DNA from: Marsupella aquatica
Taxonomy: Eukaryota > Plantae > Marchantiophyta
DNA: 64,000 bases
Assembly: GCA_973895155.1 (NCBI GenBank)
Contig: OZ316895.1
Coordinates: 14,318,225-14,382,224, forward strand
Direction: 5' to 3'
In this document: positions 53,540-64,000 of the stretch, piece after piece
Position numbering within the stretch: the first letter of the stretch is position 1
How the letters are laid out: every line of letters begins with the position of its first letter
Translations under genes and position numbers: made by a program
Notes under the pieces: model-generated
Databases searched by the model: none
What the model was told of the DNA's origin: nothing
What the model saw: the letters and a program-made list of their open reading frames with translations, nothing else

Positions 53540-54075
53540 TTACTGTCTCTCTTGCAGATTTCCTCCTGCTGTAGCGGTCAATCATTATGAAACTTTGAGA
53601 TGCCTTATTGTCTCTCCCACAAATCCTTCTGTCGTTGTGGTCAAATTCCCCTGGTTGGTAAACTTGGGATTATGAAACGTTATGATGCCTAATTGTCTCT
53701 CTCAGAAATCCTTCTGCTGTTGTTGTCAATTTCACCTGGTGGTAAACATGGGAACGCCACCGGCTACCACCACGTGCTTTAATAACCACCACATTTGTAC
53801 AAATCCTTCTACTGTTGTGGTCAATTTCCCCTTGTGGGAAGCATGGTCAATTATAACGAATTGTCTCTCACGATTCCTTCTGATGTTGTGGCCAATTTCC
53901 GGTGGTGGGAAACATGGGAACGCCAGCGGCTACCATGTTCTTCAATAATCCACCATTTTTGTATTCAGGCCAAATGACAATATGGAGGCTCATCACACTC
54001 TTCTTCCTGATGTTCTTAAATAATCCACCATTTTTGTAATCAGGCTAATGACAATATGGAGACTTATCACACTCA
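53540..54075. repeat. Degenerate tandem repeats (about 85-bp units, then about 72 bp x2)
   Basis: attgtctctc..aaatccttct...gttgtggtcaatttcc..tggt.g.aaacatggga recurs; aataatccaccatttttgta.tcaggc..aatgacaatatggag occurs twice. Confidence 0.75.
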
Positions 54076-56004
54076 ACCTGATGCTATCTCTATCTGCTGC
54101 CCATGAAGAGTATCATGAACTTTTTATTTTACTGAATTATTACATCTTAATTGAATAAAACAGAATACACTGAGGCCTAGTCACAAGCGGCCAGCGGATG
54201 CGCATCCCCCAGGTCACCATCACAGAGCCCTGATCTGACGATCGTGGCACAACTATCATCAAAGTTTAAATTCAAAAGAGAGCTAGTGGCTGCTACGCTA
54301 ACATATTCTACTTCTACTTACACTATCAAACATTTGTGACAAATTTAATCAGAGTTATTGATCCTCTATGTAAACTACAAACTACTTAAACAATATTGCA
54401 GATCAATTACTCAGGGTGGGAATCACCATGTGACAGGAGTGTGCTTCAATTATCCACCAGTTTTGCATCAGCTTCGTACTTCTCACTCATATGTGACCGA
54501 TCACAGCTGGGGATCCCAACCATGTGTCAAATGTTTCCACTCATAATACAAATTGTTACACAGATGAGTGAAATGTGATATATTGCACAGATGTATGTGG
54601 CAAGAAAACTAGGCAATAGAAATGTGATAGATTTCAAAATGTGACAATAAATCTAGACATGGTTAAGTTCATAAAAAAGACTCAGTAGACAATATTAAGG
54701 TCATTGAAAAGACCTCAAGACTCCAACAAAACCTTGGTTTTTGCCGCTATTGTACGTGTCACATAATGAGAGAAATGTGGCAAGGAAACAAACACAATAT
54801 TAGCAATAGACACTCTGGACTGGCCAATATTAGGCTCACCAAAAAGACCTAACCAACCCAGAAAAATCATATTACATGACAATATTAGGCTCGCTGAAAA
54901 AATCTAACCAACTCAGAAAAATCACATTACATTTATTTGGATATAGAGGTAGAGATTGACAATACAAAGTAAGGCTGAGTTTGCTTGACTTGAGAGATGC
55001 TTGATTTACAGTATAAAGTAAGAGGCATTTCACACACCTAGGGGCGCTGGCCAGGAGATTTTACTTGATTGATTTAATCTTGTTCATCCATTACAGACAT
55101 GTATCAACATTTTTCAACAAAATGAGTGAGACACTTTAGGGTTTGAGAATCCCACAAATCCTATCTCGAACCCTAAGTAAGCCTATCTGGAACTGGATGG
55201 GACCCACCTTTAAGGTCACTATTGTAGGTGCAAACTTTGCATCAATAGATTAGTGACCTTTAGAGAAGGCCCAAAGTTATGCCCTCGGTTATGCTCACTT
55301 GGCTATGTAGAGGTGGCCCCAATAAAAAAGTCAGACTGGTTTGGTCGTGTGAAATTTATGATACTTAAAGTATATATCATACTGCCAAAGAGCAAAATGT
55401 ATAATGCATTCACTTCATGTGACTTAAGTATATATATCACACTGCCAAAGAACAAAATGCACCAAAAGAGGGGACAAAATCCCAAAGATAATAACATCTC
55501 CAACTGTTTCAGTATCAATGACCTCTAAACCAAAATTTAGCCAATCATTTGAAGGCTTAGAAGTTAGAAAAGCCTCCATATTGAGTTCAGTTACCGGCAA
55601 TCCCCACTTCTTTGACCTCTATCCTCTCCAAAGGGATGTGCTGTCATATCCAGGTTTAAAATCTCAGTATATCCAGGATCTTGTGACATGTGGTGGAATA
55701 TATGACTTAGATAGGATGGCTGCCATTTCTACCAAATATGGTAGTCAAGGGTTGAGAAAATGGAGACTGGACCCTCCCATGCAGTTCACTCCTGAGCTCT
55801 ACCAGGCTCTTTCAATTTGCTGTTGGTTAGGGTTTGCTAATTTTGTGGCGGGTCTTTGTTATACCTTTGCCCCCCTTGATTTTAGGTAAGGTAGGGCTCA
55901 GCCTGGTTAGGGTTTTAGGTAAGGCTCAGCCGTTTTTGTTGTGGGCCTTTGTTCTGCCTTTGCCCCCCTTGATGCTTTGCAATCACATCTCCTCATGATA
56001 TATC

Positions 56005-56275
56005 ACATATATCAAACTGTTGGGCACCTTTAGTTTGTCGGGCAACTTGAAACAAAAGGTGCCCAACCAGGAGACATGATCATATATATCAAACTGTTGG
56101 GCATCTTTAGTTTGTTGGGCAGCTTGAAACAAAAGGTGTCCAACCAGGAGACATGATCACATATATCAAAGGGCAACCAGGAGACATGATCATATATATC
56201 AAAGGGCAATTTTGTTTGTTGGGCAGCTTGAAACAAAAGGTGCCCAGGAGACATGATCATATATATCAAACTGTT
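56005..56275. repeat. Tandem repeat of about 78-bp units with internal sub-duplications
   Basis: atatatcaaa...tttgt.gggca.cttgaaacaaaaggtg.cc...aggagacatgatca recurs 3-4 times. Confidence 0.85.
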
Positions 56276-56734
56276 TCTGTAGGTTTGTGTAGTGCTGCTA
56301 TTTTATGGAGAAACGACACTGAAGTTATGTGCGAGTTTCACAGAAGAAAGAGGAAGCAGGGGGACACGAAGACGATGGTGTGAAGAAAAATGCCGAAGAT
56401 TAATGATGGAATGGATGAGCTTGTGAATGAGGAATTTTGGGGGATGGCAAAGACGAGCTAGCTAGCTGGTCATGGAGGAGAAGCGTCCCCAATCAGAGTG
56501 ATTTTGGTGAAACTCTGAATTGCCAAAGAATTTCCATCGCGCATGCACTTACGGATGAAGAGGGCCGCAATCTGCCGATTCTGCAGGTCTTCGCTATCGG
56601 TGTAATTTCTGCTCATAGTGGAGTAGAGGTACAACTCTTAGACTGTCTCTCCTGGAAGAGAACACGGACTTCAATTGTATGACAGTACTGCGCATCAGCC
56701 AAGAGAGCCTCCAGCAACTGTTCTTTATCAAGCT

Positions 56735-59316
56735 ATGGCAACGCTGTCTCGATTATCTAACTCTCTTGCTCATCTACTAGATCATCTGCTCCGGCCTCCA
56801 CGGCCCCATTTGAGGTCTAGGTGCAGAGCAATCAATTCGGTGACTGCCCATGTAGACCTAACAGCGAATTATCACAGTAACCTACAGCGTGCGGCATCCT
56901 CGGGTGCAAGCTCGTCAGGTTTTGGACGTCCTCACAAGAATGTCACCAGGAGAGCAGCCAAGCGCCTGCACTGCTCTAGTTCCAATTCCGGAACTTTTGC
57001 AGGGCAGGGTTCAGGAGCATCTCCGAATTCCCATGTGGCATTATTAACTCGGGAGGAGACACGTTCTGAATCTCCTCTAGTCGATCTCTCAGAGGCTAAC
57101 TTAGAACCAGCTACTCCATTGTGTGAAAGGCCCGGCAAGAGCATGGCATCCTTCATAGAAGTATGTAGGTGGAGAAATGAAGCGCAAGAGCTGGCCACAC
57201 GGGTAGGTTCAGAGTTTGTGGATGCAGATGGAGGTCCAGAGGTGAGTGATTTACTGAGAGAGCTGGAGTGGTTACTTGATGATGTAGTGGCAGGGTGTGC
57301 CCCCCGCTCAGAAACCCTCAGTGTTCAGTCGAGCGCATGGAAAAGCTGTGCTTGGCGAGATATAAAGGCTCTTCAAATTGCAGAGGTGGAGGGCTTTTCA
57401 AACTCAACCTTTGTGGTGGCTAGTGGGGCCAAAGATCATCTCTCGGGGTTTGCAAGCGATGTGTCTGCAATATATGGGGCCTTTGGGACACTTTGCAGGG
57501 AAAGACATACTGACCCGGTTAATGAGTTTGCAGCGGACTGTGGTTGCTCTTGTGACGGTATCAGGGAGAGCCTAGCTGAAATGGCCTCAAACGATGAACT
57601 TGGTAGCGAATCCCAGGCTCAAATGACCGCCCCCTCCCTCCTCGATTCCATATCAAACGAGATGCAAGGACATGCTCAAGGACGCAGAAATTCAACCATG
57701 CTGGGTGTAAACACACGGCTTCAGATTTTACTGAGAATGAGCCTTGAAGAACTGGACAATGCTTGGAAGGAGAGGTTAGAAAAGAGAAGACCCTTTCAAT
57801 ATGTGGTTGCGGCTGCACATTGGAGGGAATATATTCTAGGTGTTGTGGAAGGCGTGTTGATACCCAGGCCAGAGACCGAGCAGATGGTGGATTTGGTAGA
57901 ATCTGCATTATCAGCTGATAGGTCTTTGGGACAGGGAATGTGGGCAGATCTTGGGACTGGAAGTGGAGCTATTGCAATTGCTGTGGCGCGCCTTTTGGAG
58001 CCTTCTGGGTCAGTGATGGCTATTGATGCAAGTAGTGCTGCGGTGCTTGTTGCAACGAGAAATATAGAGAGATATTCCCTTCAGGTAAAGGTTTATAGTC
58101 GGTAAAGGTTTAAAGTCGGACAAGTGATTTCCAAATGCAATGAAACTTTCAACAAATCCTTGCCAGCCTACCGATTGTAACGAAATTTCAAGTCGAAGTG
58201 AACACTCTAAGTCCATGGTTAGAGCATCCTTTTTCATCACCATGGGATGCAGATGACGATGTCTAAATTACGTGCAACAGAAAGGTTACGACTCTGAGGG
58301 ACAAGAAGTGTTTCGATGACACATCATATAGCAGTTGCTGATTGTTGATCTCCTGGGGATAGTGCCTAGTGTTTGTGACAGCTTGCATTCCTCGTTTTCA
58401 ACTGTTTCCCTTGTTTTGGTATGCACATTGTCAAAGCTTTTTGATAGTCAGGCCTAGTAAGCAACGGATAGTGGAGATGTTAGATTTGAATATTCCAAAA
58501 GACTTTTGTGAAATATGGCCAAATATTGATTTATCTAACTAACAAAGGACTTGTAGAATTTCAATAATTTCACTAAGTAGCATTATGCGCTGCCAGACGT
58601 CGTCTAAGCGGAGATGGTATTTTGTTGTGTTGTCCTCGTTACTGCAGAACAAGGTACAGGTGTTGCAAGGATTTTGGTTCTCTCCCCTGCAGGACAAGCT
58701 AGGTCAGTTAGCTGGAGTGATAAGCAACCCACCCTACATTCCATCAGACAGGTTAACAGGTTTGCAAGCAGAGGTGGGGAAGCATGAACCAAGGATTGCA
58801 CTAGATGGTGGACCTGATGGGATGAATGATCTCCGGGAGATCTGTAGAGGTTCTGCAACTGCACTTCGCCAAGGTGGCTTTCTTGCCTTGGAGGTAAACC
58901 TTTTCCTACCTCTGTGTGGTCACCTTTGAGAGGTTTATCACTTCGCGTTTTATGATGTCATTAGCCGAGGAGTCACGTGAAAGGCCTTTGCCGGCGGGGT
59001 ACCTCCAGTGGATTCTGCATTTCCTATTCTGAGTCTGTGTATATTTTTGGAGCTCTGGTAGATCATTGGATTTGGTTCTTGCAAGCCACATCTTCACTTT
59101 GTAGTAGTTTGTAGCAACCCTTTCTCATGGTTTTGACTTGCATCGCTATATTCTTGGCAGACGAACGGTGCAGAACAAGCAGAACATGTTTGCGACCTGC
59201 TTTCCAATATGAGAGTTCTGGGGAGTGGTGGAATTCCTCTTCGTTGCTTCCAAGATGTGAAAAGCGTGAAGGATTTTGCTGGTATCACACGTTTTGTGAC
59301 TGCCATCCGTTGCTAG
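56735..59316 (+). CDS. PRMC: Release-factor glutamine N5-methyltransferase (PrmC/HemK), probably plastid-targeted, about 583 aa; exons 56735-58084, 58648-58893, 59161-59316
   Basis: RRPFQYVV, VLIPRPETE, DLGTGSGAIA, SNPPYI, HEPRIALDGG and KDFAGITRFV. The N-terminus is Ser/Arg-rich like a transit peptide. Confidence 0.93.
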
Positions 59317-62300
59317 AGAAGCATCTAAATTTTGATAAAGATTTCGAATACTGTAGAGGTGGTAAATTTTTCTCTGGACTACGTGCAATGCCATGTATCA
59401 TAAGGATTTTGTTCGTTTCGTGTTGTCTATATGTTCATCTTTTTGGCAACAATTCTCTTGAGTAGTTGCCCTAGTTTGGAATATGCCAATCATTAATACA
59501 AGAAGTCGAGTTATGTCAATATATGTGAGGTGGAAGAATGGCCATCCCCAAAATGTGAAGTCGCTGATTTTTTGGGGAATCAAAGAGTTCAATTCCGTGA
59601 AAGTGATCCGCCAAAGTTTTCGCGGATACAGATAAAATCTTCTGATACAGATTGAAGTTTATGATCAGCCACTAACAGCACTGCTCCTAGTGGGACAACT
59701 GAATGACTGAATTGCAAAGATGGCCAAGCATTTTCATTCGGGTCATGTACCTCTGACCCACAACGAGGTTTGACACAAAATATGTCCCATTCGATTCCCC
59801 TGAAATTGTCAGGACTGCACCAATAGCGTAGGCAAACACTCTGAAAATGCTTGTAGGCTGTCTTAAATCCAGCTCTCGTTAAGAATGTTTATGAAGGCTG
59901 CTTATGATAAAGCAAAGTCAAACAAAGGCTTACTTAACAAAGGAATTTTTGGTTAGTGGCAGATTACCATATTTCTATCGAAGACTAACAATTATTTTGG
60001 GAGCCCTATTAACAGAAGCAATTCTTAACATGTCATCAAAGCGCAAAAGAATTTTGTCCCTTCGAATTGTTTAATGCTATTACATGGGGATCAGTTTAAA
60101 CCAGCTCTTTCATTGTCGTATATGATTCTGTTTTTTACAATTGGTCCCTTTCAATTGTTTGATCTCTTTACATTTGGATCAGTCTCAATCCGTGATCTGT
60201 CAGAATCTGAACCCAGTCCAATTCCCTGGCACTGCAAGTACCAAATCATCCAGCAGTTGGAATCTCCCGGCTCCTAAGAAGAAGTCCTTCATAATTCTAT
60301 ACAATTTCGAAGTCATCTTACATATTCATTATATAGTCGAGGGTGTCTGTGTGACTGTAGTTGCAAGAGAGCCATCGATTCCAAATCATCTCGATTGATG
60401 ATAACCCAAAAATAACACTTGTTTTCAATATCACAACTTCAGGGAAACCCGACGATTAGAAGGTGACCATGGAGATGTCGTCTTCCTTAGAACTTATGAC
60501 TGTGGTTCAACTTGCTAGACTAGATTGAACCCACCCCCGACACAAGAAGAGACGCCCCTGTACCCGTTTTTGCATAAATTCAGAGTGTCCATCCAACTAC
60601 TTCTTTGCTGCTCTTCACAACGACTCTTGGCTGGCCTTCAATCTTCTTCAAAACGTTGACATACCTGTAGGCCGCAAACGCAACAAATAATCTCCTGAAC
60701 CTGTGGCACTTTCATTGTAGATACTCACCTAGTAGATGACCAAGCCGAATATTGAAAATATTGGTCAAGAGTCCTCATCTGTCAAACACACTCATAAACC
60801 GTTTGGAACGACGTATTGTGCATAGTAGGTTTCAGAAACTACTCACCATACCCATTGACTTTCATGCTGCTTCATTGCTGCCACACTTGTCAAAGGGTTT
60901 GGAGTTAGAAAGCAGTGAATTCTGTTATTTTCCCTACCCATTAACCAGGCCAACCTTGAAAAATAAATCTCCAGCACTCCAGAATACTTGCGTGCAATGT
61001 TCAGGCTCACCGGCCATACACGGCAAATTTAGTCGACATTACGCCATAGGCGTTCAAACAATAGAAAAATTGTGTAAAAAGAACCGGCAGCCATACAAAC
61101 AGCTTGCACCGCGACAGAACTGAGTGTACATACCAGCATCACTTGGAAAAGCTGTCTAAACAATATTATTGTGTCGGAGATGACATGCCATCTCAGTTGA
61201 CAGATGAGACTATAGAGCTTGCTTCCTCGTATCCGCGCGTAAACCAACGGATCACAAATATACATGTTGGTTGTACATCTGCTCGTGAGATATTACTTTG
61301 CACGACTGTGCAAATACACTGACGTTCGAATATGTACTGATGTTCCAGTATGTAGATTGCTGGCTTTCCTTCGAAACTAGCTTGAAATCCATTTCGAATG
61401 CAAAAAGTCAAGAAATGTTAACAAATGTACAATTCTTCGTTTCGTTTCTCATTTTGGGGTTCGGTTACTTGTAAGCAAGAGTTTGACTGTATCACTTACC
61501 TGTATCTGCTCTGCCTTTCGATTCAGCAGGACTTTCGCGATTCAAGTGCTTAAGAGTCGATTTCTTGTGGGAAGAGAGCTTTACAGTTGAATTTAAGATC
61601 TCAAGCTGACCGCTCGGCGAACCTGTCCGAGATTAGACTGTTGAAGGAGACGAACTGTTGACGAAGAGGAACTGTGGACTGTGTGGATGAAGGCAAAACT
61701 GCCGATGGAGACGAAAACATTTGATTGAGAGGACACTTTCGAAGTGAGAGGACGAAACGGAAGCGATTGAAAGGGATCTGCTCTAATTCAGTCGATGACC
61801 TTTTTCTGGCTACATAGCAGAAGGAGCACAGATCATCGCAGTGAAACATGGGTGAAGAAATTTATATTAGGAGAAAATTATCGTCCAAATATGGCATTAC
61901 ACACAGAACTTGTAGTATGTGTGGACTGTGGAAATTGTTGTTTTTCTCCTCATACCTTTGCCATCTCATTGGTTCTCACTCACAGACTCCTCAAGGAAAG
62001 AAATGAATGGGCTGAATGACGGTCCAAATGACAGCAATTCAGAGAATACATGAATAACCGGTGTTGTTCATTCAAACTCGTCTTACAATCGTCTCCCGTT
62101 CAGGGCCTCCAACAGATACGAGAATCAGTGCAAATCGGTGGGACGGATGATGAACGAAAATTACGGCAGTGTACGACGATGCGCTGGTGTTGCTGGATGA
62201 GCAAAATTCTAGTTGGATGCGGATGACACTTAGGAAAACAGTGAGTAAGCATTCTTTCAGACAATGAGATAATAGGGAAATCTGCACAATGCTCTAATTA

Positions 62301-62644
62301 GCTACAACCAGCTCCGAGCTTGACAGGATTTGGATATAAAGCAATGACATTGGATGGCTCAAATGCATACATCTTTCAATTTGGTTTAAATGAAGCGGAA
62401 CCCTCCTCCACAATTTTGAAAAGCAGCATTTGCTGGTTGAATTCTATTAAATTACAAAGAGGAAGAAACCGGCAGATCACTTTATCGCCTGCTTTGGATC
62501 TTCCAACGAGAGATCACAAGGTAGAAGCTACCTCGTTAAAAAAATCTTAAGCTCACATCTCGGACCCTATATCCTTTAAATCCCCTGGCCCTCACACAGA
62601 ATAGTCGTATTTCTAACCTGGCCCACTCCTAAGCAACGGAAATC

Positions 62645-63993
62645 TCATCGCATCATGTCCCAGGCATGATTGCAGCTCTCGAATTGTGACATTTCAGTTG
62701 ATAAAAACTTGAAAGTCTTCACACCTCTTTGCTTGTCCACGAAAGCTGACATCTGGTCAAGGAATTCCCTGGGTGCACGAGAAAAGCTTGCAGAGCACAA
62801 AGATATAGAGTCGTGACAACAGTCACGGACAGCATTACAGAATTGATAGAAAGAAACACTATTTTCAAATGAACAGGAGCCTACTATCCACAGCACCCAC
62901 AAGTTTTAAATAAAGGATACTGCCTGAAAACTTAGGATCACCAAGATCTGGTAGAATGCTGGAGACATTTAGAAACAAGGAAAGCTCGTTTCTGCAACAG
63001 CGAGGCAAGCGGGTCACTAAACCATCAGTCTGAACTCGAAAGGACATTCACATCACGGCAAAACGGGAATCAATTGGGTGCTTGTGCGGCAAGAACCGAA
63101 TGGATAGCGAGAACAACAGCCTGGAAAGGTTCCATATTAGTGTACTTGAGAAATGCCTCCTCTGCGTCTGGCTTGTCGAGTGCATCTTTCTGCAATTTTA
63201 TGGAAAGCATTTGCTCCTCAATTGCCTCAATACATTCTTCCAGATCTGTGCAGAAGAAATGTACCATACAACCGTCAGGCTTTCAGGAGCCACCATTTCG
63301 CAGTCTCTGCTAAGGGAAGCTTTTTAATTTCCATTCAATTTAGCCAAAACTATGCCTGCTTTCAGGGAATCGCTTTGGGAAATCAAGAAAAGTGTTTCTA
63401 GTCCCCATTGCACGATAATTATTTGAAATTATCGGAAGGAGAAGGGAAGTCCAAATACGCTTCACAAAGAAATGGGTGACGAATGAGCTAATAATCAACG
63501 CAAGGAGAGTATTTAAACTTGTGGCAGCAGCTCAACAAATGGGAAATGAAGGTCACTTATTTGACGTCTGCTTGCATTTGCCGCTCTCTGGCTTGAGCTT
63601 GTGACAGCTGCTCTTTAACGAGGTCGAACTCTTCATGGTTTGACCCATCCATCTTCACTGATACCAATCTCCGTTCGGCCTGAGCGACTTCCTGTTGAAG
63701 CTCTGTGTTCAGAGAGCAGGAAAGGCCCATCAGGGTAGCAAACCAATAACCGAGAGAAAGGCTTGAAATCATTCTCGAAATAAGCCCGCAACCAAATACT
63801 TTGACCTACCATGATTCTGTGAATGTTTCTCAGCTTGCTTCACCCGCCAGGTGGCCATCACCTCCGTCATCTGGTCTAGAGCTTTCCGCAGATTGCTACA
63901 GTCGAGCTCAGTCTTGTGAAATTCGTGGGTTGTGCGTACAACCCCCACCATCTCTTGCAACTTACTCAAATCCAGCCCCGCCTCGGCCGCCAT
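62645..63993 (-). CDS. SPC24: Kinetochore protein SPC24 (NDC80 complex), 199 aa; exons 63993-63810, 63702-63561, 63247-63146, 62991-62921, 62745-62645
   Basis: A coiled coil is followed by a plant Spc24-like RWD region, ELSLFLNVSSILPDLGDPKFSG|TFVDKQRGVKTFKF...SQFESCNHAWDMM. The exons sum to 600 nt in frame when intron 2 is spliced as AT-AC. Confidence 0.85.
62746..62920 (-). other. U12-type (minor spliceosome) GT-AG intron in SPC24
   Basis: Donor GTATCCTTT and branch point TTCCTTGAC about 10 nt before the AG, with no polypyrimidine tract. Confidence 0.9.
63248..63560 (-). other. Predicted AT-AC intron with U2-type signals in SPC24
   Basis: Donor ATAAGT, branch CTGAC about 27 nt upstream and acceptor tttcttctgcAC. 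This is the only plausible junction found that keeps the frame. Confidence 0.7.
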
Positions 63994-64000
63994 CTCCTCT

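Overview
Nuclear genomic DNA of a land plant, most likely a non-seed plant such as a bryophyte (inferred from gene content and intron style; the species cannot be identified here). Six intron-containing genes can be reconstructed exon by exon: a small alpha/beta-hydrolase, an ARF1 GTPase, the N-degron E3 ligase PRT6, ribosomal protein S27, a PrmC/HemK methyltransferase that is probably plastid-targeted, and the kinetochore protein SPC24 (minus strand). Between them lie a decayed L1-type LINE, a young non-coding Bianca-like LTR element (142-bp LTRs, TSD, half-tRNA-Ile PBS), a Penelope-like (Naiad/Chlamys-type) RT, a decayed Ty1/copia element, a MITE and many small tandem repeats. The most unusual observations are: (1) a perfect 89-bp fold-back of the copia U5+PBS in place of a normal 5' LTR; (2) a tandemly duplicated terminal exon of PRT6 with both copies apparently intact; (3) an AT-AC intron with major-spliceosome (U2) signals in SPC24, which also has a canonical U12 intron; (4) a Penelope-like element with a structured 3' end and a candidate hammerhead ribozyme nearby. 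All calls come from reading the sequence; no database searches or folding programs were run.
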